Positions 1 through 10,278 of a stretch of DNA of 64,000 nucleotides are shown here, piece by piece. Numbering within the stretch: position 1 is the first letter of the stretch; each line of letters begins with the position of its first letter. Location: positions 64,001 through 128,000 of the forward strand of contig JBDRPD010000054.1 of the NCBI GenBank assembly GCA_043827405.1, in the 5' to 3' direction. Source of the DNA: Elusimicrobiota bacterium (GTDB taxonomy: Bacteria; Elusimicrobiota; Elusimicrobia; UBA1565). Position numbers and translations under genes: made by a program. The notes beneath the pieces were generated by a model. The model had not been told where the DNA came from, did not search any database, and worked only from the letters and a program-made list of their open reading frames with translations.

Positions 1-120
1 GAGTACAGCCGGATCAGCATACAGGGGCGCCGGGCACGGCGCACTGACGGAGTCAAGGAGACCTTGGGCTGGCTGAAGGTCACTTTCAATATCGGCCCGC
101 ACGGCGCCCATCCTTTCTGA
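1..120 (+). CDS. C-terminal fragment of a zinc-regulated outer-membrane receptor/porin (partial, runs off window start)
   Basis: Frame 1 reads ...GWLKVTFNIGPHGAHPF*. The terminal beta-strand plus GxHxAHxF tail is typical of OM proteins encoded just upstream of Zn/Mn ABC binding proteins. Confidence 0.65.
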   Translation, partial: EYSRISIQGRRARRTDGVKETLGWLKVTFNIGPHGAHPF

Positions 121-133
121 ACGTAAGGAGATT

Positions 134-1051
134 ATGATGAAAACCATTACCGCAGCTGTTCTGTTGAGTTTACTGGCGTCGCCAGCATCCGCGAAGCTTC
201 GGGTCGTCGCTACCACCCAGGACCTGGCCGCGATCGCCCGCGAGATCGGCGGCGAGCACGTCGAGGTCGAAGCCATCGCCAAAGGCTATCAGGATCCCCA
301 TTTCGTGGCGGCGAAGCCCAGCTACCTGCTCAAGCTCAAGCGCGCCGACCTGTTTATTCAGGTCGGACGGGAACTGGAGGTCTCCTGGGCGCCGCCGCTG
401 CTGCTGAGCGCGCGCAACCGGAAAATACTGCCGGGAGGCGCCGGCTACCTCGACGCGTCGGCCGGCTGTGATGTGCTGGAAGCGGGCGCCGCCGCGGACC
501 GCTCACAGGGCGACGTGCATCCATCGGGCAATCCGCATTACTGGCTTGATCCTGCGAATGGGCGGATTATCGCCGGGAATATCGCCGAGAAACTGTCCCT
601 GCTGGCGCCGGAGAGCGCCGGCGATTTTAGGCGAAATCTCAAAAGTTTTGAGGCGGCTCTCGCGAGCAAAGAAAAATCCTGGGAGGCGTTGACGGCGGGA
701 TTTGTGGGAACCAAGGTGGTTACGTATCACAACTCTTGGCCGAACTTCATGCGGCGCTTCAAATTTAAGGTCATCAACTATGTGGAGCCGAAACCGGGAA
801 TTCCGGCTTCTCCCGCGCATGTGCGGGCGCTGATCGAGCAGATTCGCCGCGAACAGGTGCCGTTGCTGATCATGGAGCCGTATTTCGACGACAAGTTGGC
901 GCGGAAGATCGCCGCGGAGACCGGCATCCGCATTGTGGTGCTGCCGCCTTCCGTCGGGGCGGTACCGGAGGTTCGCACGTACTTTGATCTGTTCGATCAT
1001 GACTTGAAGCTATTGGCCGAAGCGCTCAAGCCCGGCGGGAGACGTCCATGA
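134..1051 (+). CDS. Zn/Mn ABC transporter substrate-binding protein (ZnuA/TroA family)
   Basis: Signal peptide; DPHF, GNPHYWLDP and YHNSW metal-ligand motifs; SD aaggag. Confidence 0.92.
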   Translation: MMKTITAAVLLSLLASPASAKLRVVATTQDLAAIAREIGGEHVEVEAIAKGYQDPHFVAAKPSYLLKLKRADLFIQVGRELEVSWAPPLLLSARNRKILPGGAGYLDASAGCDVLEAGAAADRSQGDVHPSGNPHYWLDPANGRIIAGNIAEKLSLLAPESAGDFRRNLKSFEAALASKEKSWEALTAGFVGTKVVTYHNSWPNFMRRFKFKVINYVEPKPGIPASPAHVRALIEQIRREQVPLLIMEPYFDDKLARKIAAETGIRIVVLPPSVGAVPEVRTYFDLFDHDLKLLAEALKPGGRRP

Positions 1052-1866
1052 TGGAGATCGCATCGCTTTTCTTGTGGCCGTTTTTGGCCGTATTGGCCAT
1101 CACCGCTATTCATGCCTATCTGGGGCTGCATGTGGTGGAGCGGGATGTGATCTTCGTTGATCTCTCGCTGGCGCAGGTCGCCGCTCTGGGCGCCGCGGTA
1201 GCCGTCCTTATGGGGATGGACCTGCACGGGGGCGGAGCCTATATGTTCTCTTTAGGCTTCGCGCTTTTGGGCGCCGTATTTTTTTCGCTGACCCGGACGC
1301 AGGAGGGCAAGGTGCCGCAGGAGGCGGTTATCGGGATCGTCTACGCGGTGAGCGCCGCGGCCGCCGTGATGATAATGGACCGCCTGCCGGAAGGGGCGGA
1401 GCACCTTAAGCACATCATGGTGGGCAATCTCCTCGCGGTCTCCCCCGCGGACGTGGTCAAGATGGCTCTGCTCTACATCGCGATCGGAGCGGTCCATTGG
1501 ATATGGAGAAGGCCGCTGCTGCTGATATCGACCGATCCGGCGGAAGCGAGACGACGGGGACTGAAAATATGGTTGTGGGATTTTTTGTTCTACGGGACGT
1601 TCGGTGTGGTCGTGACCGTCTCGGTGCCGATCGCCGGCGTATTGCTGGTTTTCAGCTACTTGATAGTGCCGTCGGTGGCCGCGCTGCTGTTTACGGACAA
1701 AGTCGGCGGACGGCTGGCGATCGGCTGGGGAATGAGCGCCGGAGTCAGCCTGCTGGGATTGGCCGCTTCGTATTGGCTGGATGCTCCCACCGGCGCTACC
1801 ATTGTCTGCGTGTTCGGGGCGATGCTCGCTTGCGCCGCCGCGGCCAGACGGATATTCGCCGGCTAG
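1048..1866 (+). CDS. Zn/Mn ABC transporter permease (ZnuB/ABC-3 family)
   Basis: Multi-TM protein, GVLLVFSYLIVP motif, ATGA overlap with the binding-protein gene. Confidence 0.9.
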   Translation: MMEIASLFLWPFLAVLAITAIHAYLGLHVVERDVIFVDLSLAQVAALGAAVAVLMGMDLHGGGAYMFSLGFALLGAVFFSLTRTQEGKVPQEAVIGIVYAVSAAAAVMIMDRLPEGAEHLKHIMVGNLLAVSPADVVKMALLYIAIGAVHWIWRRPLLLISTDPAEARRRGLKIWLWDFLFYGTFGVVVTVSVPIAGVLLVFSYLIVPSVAALLFTDKVGGRLAIGWGMSAGVSLLGLAASYWLDAPTGATIVCVFGAMLACAAAARRIFAG

Positions 1867-1869
1867 TCT

Positions 1870-2370
1870 CTAGACGATTTTCTTGTACTTCTCCGGCGGC
1901 AGCTTGCAGATCGGGCAGCGGTCTTCCGGCTGGCCGATATGGATATGGCCGCAGACCGGGCACAGGTAGACCTCGTCGCCCGTCATATCCTTGCCGCCTT
2001 CCAGGGCGTCCGCCGCCTGCTGATAAAGATCGGCGTGGACCTCTTCCGCCTGCAGCGCCAGGTTAAACATGCGCATGGCGCGGTGGCCGTCCTTGTCCGC
2101 CTGCTCGAGCATCGGGGGATACATCTCCTTGTACTCGTAGGTCTCGCCCTGGACCGCGTCCTTGAGGTTGTCGAGGGTCGAGCCGACGCCTCCCATGGCG
2201 TCGAAATGGCCGAGGGCATGAATGGTTTCCGCTTCCGCCGCGGCGCGAAACAGCCGCGCGATCTGCGGGTGCCCGTCCTTGTCCGCTTTGCGGGCATAGG
2301 CGGTGTACTTGCGGTTGGCCTGGCTCTCACCGGCAAAAGCGGTCTTAAGGTTCTCTTCGGTCGTCGACAT
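1870..2370 (-). CDS. rbr: Rubrerythrin
   Basis: AFAGESQANRKY, EAETIHA, GETYE, EEVH diiron motifs plus C-terminal CPVCG..CPIC rubredoxin domain. Confidence 0.95.
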   Translation of the reverse strand: MSTTEENLKTAFAGESQANRKYTAYARKADKDGHPQIARLFRAAAEAETIHALGHFDAMGGVGSTLDNLKDAVQGETYEYKEMYPPMLEQADKDGHRAMRMFNLALQAEEVHADLYQQAADALEGGKDMTGDEVYLCPVCGHIHIGQPEDRCPICKLPPEKYKKIV

Positions 2371-2381
2371 GAATGTTTCTC

Positions 2382-4097
2382 CTAATTCTTCTTCTTTTTC
2401 GGCGGCGGCTCCGGCTTTTTCCAGGCGCCCTTGAGTTGGACGGTGCGGTTGAAAACCAGCTTATCGGGGCCGCTGTCCGGATCGACGCAGAAATAGCCCA
2501 TGCGCTCGAACTGACAGCGGTAGCCGGGCTCGGCGTCTTTGAGGCTCGGCTCAACGTAGCCGTCGCTTACCGTGAGCGACGCCGGATTGATGTGTTTCTG
2601 CCAGTCGGCGGCGGCTTCCGGATCTTCCTCAAGAAACAGGTGATCGTAGAGGCGCACCTCGCACTTTAGGGCGTGCCGGATCGAGACCCAATGCAGCGTG
2701 CCTTTAACCCGGCGCCCATCCGGGGAGCCGCCGCCGCGCGATTGCGGGTCGTAGGTGCAGCGGAGCTCCGTCACCTCACCCTTGCCGTCCTTGATGACTT
2801 CAGTGCAGGTGATGAAGTAGGCGCAGCGCAGGCGTACCTCGCGCCCGGGCGCCAGGCGGAAAAACTTGCGCGGCGGGTCCTCCATGAAATCGTCGCGCTC
2901 GATATAGAGCTCGCGCGAGAAGGGGACTTCGCGTTTGCCGGCGCTCTCGTCCTCGGGGTTGTTGGCCGCCGCGAACTCCTCGGTTTTGTCCTCGGGGTAG
3001 TTGGTGATCACGACCTTGAGCGGCTTGAGCACGCCCATAACCCGGGGCGCGGTCTTGTTGAGGTGCTCCCGCAGGTGATGTTCGAGGAGCGTATGCTCTA
3101 CCGTGCGGTCGCGCTTGGTGATGCCGATATCCTTCATGAAGGCGCGGATGCCTTCAGGCGAGTAGCCGCGGCGGCGCAGGCCGCGCACCGTCGGCATGCG
3201 GGGGTCGTCCCAGCCCTGGACGCCGCCGCTTTCCACCAGCTCGCGCAGCTTGCGCTTGCTCATTACCACATGCGTCATGTCCATGCGTCCGTATTCGAGC
3301 TGCCGGGGGTGGTAGGCTTCCAGCTGGTCGAGGAACCAGTCGTAGAGCGGACGGTGGTTCTCGAAGCCGACGTCGCACAGGGAGTGGGTGATCTTTTCGA
3401 TCGAGTCGCTCTGCCCATGCGCCCAGTCGTAAGAGGGGTAGATGCACCACGTATCTCCGGTGCGGTGATGCTGCGCCCGCAGTATGCGATACATCACCGG
3501 ATCGCGCATGTTCAGGTTGGGATGGGCCATGTCGATCTTGGCCCGCAAAGTGCGGCTGCCGTCCGGAAACTCCCCGGCGCGCATGCGCTTGAAAAGATCC
3601 AGGTTCTCTTCGCCGCTCCGGCCGCGCGACGGCGAGTCCTTTCCGGGCGGGGTTACGCGCCGGCCGTCCTCTTCCACGACCGCGGTGCCGCGGTACTCGC
3701 GGATGGCTTGCTCGTCGAGGTCGCAGACGTAGGCCTTGCCCTGCCGGATAAGCTCGACCGCCCAGTCATGCAGCTGCTCGAAGTAGTCGGAGGCGTAGAA
3801 TAGACGGTCTTCCCAGTCGAAGCCCAGCCAGCGGATGTCCTCCCGGATCGCCTCGACAAACTCCGTTTTTTCCTTGGCCGGATTGGTGTCGTCGAAGCGC
3901 AGGTTGCACTTGCCGTCGTAGTCCGCCGCGGTGCCGAAGTTGATGCCCATCACCATGGCGTGGCCGATGTGCATGTAGCCGTTGGGCTCCGGAGGGAAGC
4001 GCGTATGCACGCGCCCATCGAACCGACCGGAATCGTTGTCGGCGTCGATATGCTCGTGGATGAAGTCCGTCGGCTTTTCTTTAGCGCTGTCGGGCAT
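2382..4097 (-). CDS. glnS: Glutamine--tRNA ligase (divergent active-site motifs)
   Basis: [43 protein letters not shown]. Confidence 0.93.
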   Translation of the reverse strand: MPDSAKEKPTDFIHEHIDADNDSGRFDGRVHTRFPPEPNGYMHIGHAMVMGINFGTAADYDGKCNLRFDDTNPAKEKTEFVEAIREDIRWLGFDWEDRLFYASDYFEQLHDWAVELIRQGKAYVCDLDEQAIREYRGTAVVEEDGRRVTPPGKDSPSRGRSGEENLDLFKRMRAGEFPDGSRTLRAKIDMAHPNLNMRDPVMYRILRAQHHRTGDTWCIYPSYDWAHGQSDSIEKITHSLCDVGFENHRPLYDWFLDQLEAYHPRQLEYGRMDMTHVVMSKRKLRELVESGGVQGWDDPRMPTVRGLRRRGYSPEGIRAFMKDIGITKRDRTVEHTLLEHHLREHLNKTAPRVMGVLKPLKVVITNYPEDKTEEFAAANNPEDESAGKREVPFSRELYIERDDFMEDPPRKFFRLAPGREVRLRCAYFITCTEVIKDGKGEVTELRCTYDPQSRGGGSPDGRRVKGTLHWVSIRHALKCEVRLYDHLFLEEDPEAAADWQKHINPASLTVSDGYVEPSLKDAEPGYRCQFERMGYFCVDPDSGPDKLVFNRTVQLKGAWKKPEPPPKKKKN

Positions 4098-4111
4098 TAA
4101 AGCGGGAAGGA

Positions 4112-4627
4112 TCAGGCGCCTCCCTTGCTCGCCATGAAGCCCTTGGGCGGAGCGCCGGCTTCCGCCGCGCCGCCGGCGATCTTGGCCAGATACGAGTTGC
4201 CCAGCTCCTTAATGTGGTTGAGCACGTCGTCGAAGTAGTTGAGGTGCTCCTGCTCTTCTTTGATGATCTGCTCGAAGAGCTTGGCGCTGATGCTGTCGTT
4301 GTTCTTTAGGCAGATATTCATGTACTTGTTGTAGCTGACGAGGGCGCCCTGCTCCTCTTTGGAGTCGTGGGCGAGGGCCTGACGGATATCCTGGCCTTTC
4401 TTCGCCGGCTTGTCGGGCGTGGTGGTGGGCATGCCGCCCAGCTCATAGATGCGCTCGGCGAACATTTCGGCATGGCGCATCTCGTCGATGGCGATCAGCT
4501 TGATATTGGCCGCGACCTCGCCGTAGTCGTTGTCGGCCAGCCTGTAGTGCTGGGCCATGTACTGCAAAATCGCGCCGAGCTCGTCCGCGCGAGCCTTGTT
4601 GAGAACGTCGATGACTGCTTTATTCAT
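4112..4627 (-). CDS. bfr: Bacterioferritin
   Basis: [15 protein letters not shown] (heme Met), EEQEH ferroxidase motifs. Confidence 0.88.
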   Translation of the reverse strand: MNKAVIDVLNKARADELGAILQYMAQHYRLADNDYGEVAANIKLIAIDEMRHAEMFAERIYELGGMPTTTPDKPAKKGQDIRQALAHDSKEEQGALVSYNKYMNICLKNNDSISAKLFEQIIKEEQEHLNYFDDVLNHIKELGNSYLAKIAGGAAEAGAPPKGFMASKGGA

Positions 4628-4737
4628 AATGTCCCTCCTGGCGGGGAATCCTGCTGCCCGGTGATTCTAGCGTTTTCCGGCGTCAATGCGAAAGCCCTCC
4701 GGGATTGCTATTATGGGGCCGATATAGGGGGGTATTT

Positions 4738-6366
4738 ATGGCGACCAAGACCAAGCAGGCGGCTTTTCATTATCAGGATCCCTTTCCGCTGGGGCCCGAC
4801 AAGACCAAGTACCGGCTTTTAAGCAAGCGCCATGTGCGCACCGCGAAATTTCAGGGCAAGGACGTCCTGGTCGTCGAGCCCGAGGCCCTGACTATGCTGG
4901 CCCGCGAGGCGATGAAGGATATTTCATTCTTCCTGCGGCCCGCCCATCAGCAGAAGGTGGCGGCGATACTCAAGGATCCTAAAGCATCCAAGAACGACAA
5001 GTCCATCGCCCTGGCCATGCTGCGCAATTCGGTAATCGCGGCCAAGGGCGTGCTCCCGACTTGCCAGGATACCGGGACCGCTACCGTCGTGGCCAAGAAG
5101 GGCCAGCAGGTCTGGACCGGCGCCGACGATGCCGAGAGCCTGTCGAAGGGCATCTGGAAGACCTATACCGGCGAGAACCTGCGCTATTCCCAGGTTGCGC
5201 CGCTGACCCTTTATGAGGAAAAAAACACCGGCTGCAACCTGCCGGCGCAGATCGATATTTATGCGACCAAGGGCATGGAGTACAAGCTGCTGTTCGTGGC
5301 CAAAGGGGGCGGCTCCGGCAACAAGACGACGCTGTTCCAGCAAACCAAGGCCCTGCTCAACCCGGCGTCCTTGAAGAAGTTCCTGACCGAGAAAATGAAA
5401 ACCTTGGGCACGGCCGCCTGTCCGCCCTATCACCTGGCCTTCGTGGTCGGCGGTACCTCGGCCGAGACCTGCCTTAAGGTCGTCAAGCTGGCTTCGGCCG
5501 GCTACCTGGACAATCTGCCGACCAAGGGCAATCAGCACGGCCAGGCCTTCCGCGACCTTAAGCTTGAAAAGGAGCTTCTTGAGGCAGCGTACAATATCGG
5601 CTACGGCGCGCAGTTCGGCGGCAAGTATTTCGCGCATGATGTGCGCGTCATCCGCCTGCCGCGTCACGGCGCCTCCTGCCCGGTCGGCATGGGCGTCTCC
5701 TGCTCGGCGGACCGGAATATCCTGGCCAAGATCAACAAGAAGGGAATCTGGCTCGAAGAGATGGAGCGCCATCCGGAGAAACTCATTCCCAAGGAGTTCC
5801 TGAATGCGGTCGAGGAGGGCGTGATCAGAGTGGACCTCAACCGGCCGATGAAGGAGGTCTTGGCCGTGCTGAGCAAGCATAAGGTCACGACGCGCCTCGC
5901 GCTGACCGGCCGGCTGGTGGTGGCGCGCGACATCGCGCATGCCAAGCTCAAGGAGCGTCTGGACGCGGGCCAGGGGCTGCCGCGGTACTTTAAAGATCAT
6001 CCGGTCTACTATGCGGGTCCGGCCAAGAAGCCCGCGGACAAGCCGTCGGGTTCCTTCGGTCCCACCACCTCGGGCCGCATGGATACCTATGTGGACCTGT
6101 TCCAGTCGAAGGGAGCGTCCATGGTTATGCTGGGGAAGGGCAACCGCACCCAGCAGGTGACCGATGCCTGTAAAAAGCATGGCGGGTTCTATCTCGGATC
6201 CGCCGGCGGCGTGGCGGCGCTGTTCGCCGAGAACTGCATCAAGAACGTCGAGGTTATTGATTACCCGGAGCTCGGCATGGAGGCGGTATGGGCGATCGAC
6301 GTCGTCGATTTCCCGGCCGCGATCCTGGTCGACGACAAGGGCAACGACTTCTTCCAGCAGATCTAG
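4738..6366 (+). CDS. fumA: Class I Fe-S fumarate hydratase
   Basis: [34 protein letters not shown]; start placed at ATG 4738 after a gggggg SD. Confidence 0.95.
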   Translation: MATKTKQAAFHYQDPFPLGPDKTKYRLLSKRHVRTAKFQGKDVLVVEPEALTMLAREAMKDISFFLRPAHQQKVAAILKDPKASKNDKSIALAMLRNSVIAAKGVLPTCQDTGTATVVAKKGQQVWTGADDAESLSKGIWKTYTGENLRYSQVAPLTLYEEKNTGCNLPAQIDIYATKGMEYKLLFVAKGGGSGNKTTLFQQTKALLNPASLKKFLTEKMKTLGTAACPPYHLAFVVGGTSAETCLKVVKLASAGYLDNLPTKGNQHGQAFRDLKLEKELLEAAYNIGYGAQFGGKYFAHDVRVIRLPRHGASCPVGMGVSCSADRNILAKINKKGIWLEEMERHPEKLIPKEFLNAVEEGVIRVDLNRPMKEVLAVLSKHKVTTRLALTGRLVVARDIAHAKLKERLDAGQGLPRYFKDHPVYYAGPAKKPADKPSGSFGPTTSGRMDTYVDLFQSKGASMVMLGKGNRTQQVTDACKKHGGFYLGSAGGVAALFAENCIKNVEVIDYPELGMEAVWAIDVVDFPAAILVDDKGNDFFQQI

Positions 6367-6368
6367 CG

Positions 6369-9300
6369 GTGGTGAGGGGTAGAGCCGTACGACTTGTCGC
6401 GGCCGTCTGCTGGGCAGTACTTCTCGCTGCGGGAGCCGCGGCGGCGGAACGGCCTCAGCTCGTGGTACAGAGCGGGCATACGCGGCAGGTTCGCGGGCTC
6501 GTCTTCACTCCCGACGGCCGGCATCTCGTCACGGCGGGCTACGACCAGGTGGCGCGGCTGTGGGACGTCGAATCGCGGACCGAGCTCCGGACCTACGCCG
6601 GCCATTCCGGCCTGCTGAACACGCTCGGCATCGGCGACGGCGGCCGCATGATAGTTACCGGGAGCGGCGATGGTACGGCCCGGTTGTGGGACCTGGCCAG
6701 CGGCGAGCAGCGGCGGCGGTTTACGACCGGCGAGCTGACCGACCAGGTCTTTGCCGCCGCGCTCGGCCCGGACGGAAAGTACGTCGCCACCGGACATTGG
6801 ATCACCGGCGCCAGTATTTGGGATGCGCAGAGCGGCAAGCGGCTGCATCATCTGCAAGGCCACGCCCGCAGCGATACCATCGCCGCGGAGGTCCATGTCT
6901 ATGGCATCGCGATAACGCCGGACGGCAAGCATGTGCTGACTGCCGGTGATGACGCGACGGCGAGGCTATGGGATATCCGCAGCGGCGAGCAGCGTCGCGT
7001 CTATGAAGGGCATAAGCAGCGGATTTTTGCGCTCGCGGTTTCCGCCGACGGCAAGTACTTCGTGACGGGCGGCTATGATCGCACCGTCCAGTTATGGGAT
7101 CTTGAAAAGAATCGTTCGATCAGTTCTTTTGCCGAGAGCGCCCCCGTTTATTCGCTGGCGTTCAGCCCCGATGGACGCTATGTCGCGGCCGGATTGGAGA
7201 ACGGCAGCGTCAGCGTCTGGGACCTGCAGACGGGAGTCCGGGCGCATACGCTGACGGCCCATGCCAAAATAGCGGGCGCCGTCGCTTTCAGCCCGGACGG
7301 GCGGACGCTCGCCACCGGCGGCGACGATGCCAAGGTCGTGCTGTGGAACGCCGTTGACGGCAAGCGGATCGCGGGGCTGGAAGGCAATGCCCGGCCGATC
7401 GATCAAGCGGCATTCAGCCCGGACGGCAAGCATATCCTTGCCTTGCGCAGCGATCGATCTGCTCGGCTGTGGGATACCCGCTCCGGCAAGGAGCTGCGCA
7501 GCTACCGGGTTCACTGGCTTCAGTTCGACGAGATGTACGAACCGCTGGCCTTTGCTCCCGACGGACGCAGCTTCTTTGTGAACAGTGTAAAACACACTCC
7601 GCGGCGATGGAGCGTGGACTCTCTGGACTTTATTAGTGCTTACCGAGGACATACCACCTACGTAACGACGCTGGCGGTCTCCCCGGACAACCGTCTCCTG
7701 CTTAGCGGCGGACAGGACAGCACTTTGCGGCTATGGGAAGTGGACAGCGGCAAAGAGCTGAAAACTTTGTGGCGACGGGACAGCGGCATCATTAAAGCCG
7801 CCGCCTTCAGCCCCGACGGCAAGCTCGCCGCCGCGGTCAGCCATTACGAACTGCGAATCTGGGATGTCGCGGACGGACGGTTGCTGCATGAGCGCAAGCA
7901 CTCCGAGCAGATGGCTCATGTCTGGTTCAGCCCGGACGGGCGCAATGTCGTGACAGCAGGCGGGCAGTATAAGGTCTCTAAAGTGGTTAAGTGGGACGCG
8001 GTCAGCGGGCAGAAGGTGCGGGAGTATCGAGCCGAGTATCCCGCAGGCGTCTACCGAGCCGCTTTGGCGCCGGACGGCCGGAATTTACTGACCGTCAGCG
8101 GCGACCAGAAGCTGCGGGTTCTGGATCTGGAAACCGGTAATTGGGATCGAGTTCTGTTCGAACTCAGCGTGGATTTCAACTCGGTTTCCATCAGCCCGGA
8201 CGGCAAGTTCGTCCTCACCGGCAGCGCCGACGGCACCGCACGCATCTGGGACTTTAAATCCGGACGCGAACTGTGCCGCTTGGTCTCGGGAAAGCCCGGC
8301 GAATGGGTGGTCGCAACTCCGGAGGGCCTGTTCGATGGTTCGCCCGAGGGGCTCAAGACCCTCTATTGGACGACCGGCGACAAAGCCTACCCGCTGGAGG
8401 CCTTCTCCGAGAACCATTATTCTCCCGGTCTGCTGGCGCGCATCCTCGCCGGCATGGAGATCAAGACCGCGGCGGCACCGGACCTTTCGCAAGGCTTTAA
8501 GGCGCCGCCCAGCATCGAGTTCGTCTCCCCGCGCGCCGGCGCGGCCTTCAGCAAAACCAGCGTCGAGGTCGAGGTGCTGGCACGCGACATGGGCGGGGGG
8601 ATTGATGAGATCCGCCTCTACCACAACGGCAAGGCGCTCGGAGGTTCGGCCCGCGATATCAAGGTCGTCGAGAAGGCCGGGGAGCTGCGGCGTAAATTTC
8701 ACGTCGCGCTGCTGGACGGCGAGAACCGGCTGCGCGCGGTGGCGCTGAGCGGCGAGCGGATAGAAAGCGCGCCCGCCGAGATCGCAGTGACGCTCAAGGC
8801 GCCGCAGAAAGAGGCGGCTTTGCATCTGCTGGCGGTCGGGATCAACAAGTACCGCAACCCGGCGCTGAACCTCAACTACGCCGTGCCCGACGCCAAGGGG
8901 CTGGCCGGCTTCTTCGCCCAGGGCGCGAGCGGATTGTTCCGCTCCGTGCGCGAGCATACGCTCTACGACCAGGACGCCACCAAGGCCGCCATCCTCGCCA
9001 AGCTCAAGGAGCTGGAGAATACGGCGCCCCAGGATGTGGTCGTTGTTTACCTCGCCGGACACGGCGAGAGCTTGGGAAACACCTGGTACTTCCTGCCGCA
9101 CGAGCTGATCTATCCCGAGCGCGAGGACAAGATCAAGGAGGGCGGGCTGTCATCGGCGGAGCTGCAGGAGCGCATCCGCGCCATCGGCGCCCGCAAGGTC
9201 CTGCTGCTGATGGATGCCTGCAAGTCCGGCGGAGCGCTATTGGCCTTTGCTGCCCGCGGCTTCGAGGAGCGCAAGGCTTTGGCCCAGCTGGCGCGCGCCG

Positions 9301-9572
9301 CCGGCGTGCACGTCGTGGCGGCCAGCTCGCAGGACCAGATCGCGGCCGAGGTCAAAGAGCTCGGCCATGGCGTCTTCACCCATACTTTGCTCGGCGGGCT
9401 GGGGGGCAAGGCCGACGGCAGTCCCAAGGACGGTACCGTGACCGTGCGCGAACTGCTGAGCTACGTCGAGAACGTCCTGCCGGAGATATCGCAGAAGTAC
9501 AAGGCTCAGCCGCAGTTTCCGGTGGTGGACAGCCGGGGCATGGACTTTCCGCTGACGCGGCCGAAGAACTAG
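6369..9572 (+). CDS. Secreted WD40 beta-propeller protein with C-terminal caspase-family (C14) peptidase domain
   Basis: Signal peptide; many GH...(F/L)SPDG...WD repeats; LAGHG and MDACKSG His/Cys dyad. Start is approximate (GTG 6369 or 6372). Confidence 0.88.
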   Translation: MVRGRAVRLVAAVCWAVLLAAGAAAAERPQLVVQSGHTRQVRGLVFTPDGRHLVTAGYDQVARLWDVESRTELRTYAGHSGLLNTLGIGDGGRMIVTGSGDGTARLWDLASGEQRRRFTTGELTDQVFAAALGPDGKYVATGHWITGASIWDAQSGKRLHHLQGHARSDTIAAEVHVYGIAITPDGKHVLTAGDDATARLWDIRSGEQRRVYEGHKQRIFALAVSADGKYFVTGGYDRTVQLWDLEKNRSISSFAESAPVYSLAFSPDGRYVAAGLENGSVSVWDLQTGVRAHTLTAHAKIAGAVAFSPDGRTLATGGDDAKVVLWNAVDGKRIAGLEGNARPIDQAAFSPDGKHILALRSDRSARLWDTRSGKELRSYRVHWLQFDEMYEPLAFAPDGRSFFVNSVKHTPRRWSVDSLDFISAYRGHTTYVTTLAVSPDNRLLLSGGQDSTLRLWEVDSGKELKTLWRRDSGIIKAAAFSPDGKLAAAVSHYELRIWDVADGRLLHERKHSEQMAHVWFSPDGRNVVTAGGQYKVSKVVKWDAVSGQKVREYRAEYPAGVYRAALAPDGRNLLTVSGDQKLRVLDLETGNWDRVLFELSVDFNSVSISPDGKFVLTGSADGTARIWDFKSGRELCRLVSGKPGEWVVATPEGLFDGSPEGLKTLYWTTGDKAYPLEAFSENHYSPGLLARILAGMEIKTAAAPDLSQGFKAPPSIEFVSPRAGAAFSKTSVEVEVLARDMGGGIDEIRLYHNGKALGGSARDIKVVEKAGELRRKFHVALLDGENRLRAVALSGERIESAPAEIAVTLKAPQKEAALHLLAVGINKYRNPALNLNYAVPDAKGLAGFFAQGASGLFRSVREHTLYDQDATKAAILAKLKELENTAPQDVVVVYLAGHGESLGNTWYFLPHELIYPEREDKIKEGGLSSAELQERIRAIGARKVLLLMDACKSGGALLAFAARGFEERKALAQLARAAGVHVVAASSQDQIAAEVKELGHGVFTHTLLGGLGGKADGSPKDGTVTVRELLSYVENVLPEISQKYKAQPQFPVVDSRGMDFPLTRPKN

Positions 9573-10132
9573 CGGCAGACCGGCGCGCCGTCGGGGATGG
9601 CGTCGCGCATGTAGGTCCCGCGGAACCAGGTCTGGATATCGACGGCTTCCCACTCTTCGGCATCGCCCATTTCGGTGACGTCCTTGTACTTGACCTGGAG
9701 GAAGTGCACCAGCTCATGGGCCAGGGAGTCGTCGATAAAGCGCCCCATCTTCATATAGTAGGCGGCGTCATCGAGCAGGTATATCCTGTTGAACCGGAAG
9801 ACGTAAACGTTGAGGACGATGTCCGGGCGCATACCCCACTGAGGCTCGACGGCGTCGTTGAACTCCTCCGCCGGGGTTTCGCTGCCGTAGCGGACGGAGG
9901 GCAGAGGAATGTCCTCCCGCAGGGTCACCTTCTTCTTCCACGCCACGGCCCGCACGATGCATTCCCTGGAGTAGCGCGGGCGTGCGGTCCCGATCTTCTT
10001 GGCGGTCTTTTTCACTGCCGTCTGGGCAAAAGTCTGCGCCTCGCCTAGCGAGAAGCCGGCGGTAAATCCCTGGGCCGGGACGCAGGCCGCCAGGACGAGG
10101 GCGCGGATCAGCATGAAGCAGAGGAATCTCAT
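9569..10132 (-). CDS. Secreted hypothetical protein, putative zinc metallopeptidase (HELVH)
   Basis: Signal peptide; SLAHELVHFLQ followed by EEWEA. Confidence 0.65.
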   Translation of the reverse strand: MRFLCFMLIRALVLAACVPAQGFTAGFSLGEAQTFAQTAVKKTAKKIGTARPRYSRECIVRAVAWKKKVTLREDIPLPSVRYGSETPAEEFNDAVEPQWGMRPDIVLNVYVFRFNRIYLLDDAAYYMKMGRFIDDSLAHELVHFLQVKYKDVTEMGDAEEWEAVDIQTWFRGTYMRDAIPDGAPVCR

Positions 10133-10141
10133 ACTGGCAAT

Positions 10142-10208
10142 AGGATAGCGGGATTACCGGATTTGACCTGAGCACGGGGGCCCTCTCTTTTCTGGGCCCT
10201 TGGGCCTA
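10142..10208 (-). promoter_or_regulatory. Paired palindromic operator sites plus -10 box upstream of the 10132 gene
   Basis: TGGGCCCTTGGGCCTA at 10193-10208 and TGAGCACGGGGGCCCT at 10169-10184; minus-strand TATCCT at 10142-10147, 21 nt from the proximal site. Confidence 0.55.
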
Positions 10209-10278
10209 TGCGGGCCGTGGCGAACGCGCCAATTGAAATTGTAGAGTGAGGGCAGATTTTCGCTCCACTGGAGGATAT

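Noticed and set aside
6450..8260. Recurring nucleotide repeats such as ttcagcccggacgg, a possible CRISPR or tandem array
   Set aside because: They encode the FSPDG motif of WD40 repeats within one ORF; there is no constant repeat/spacer structure and no cas gene.
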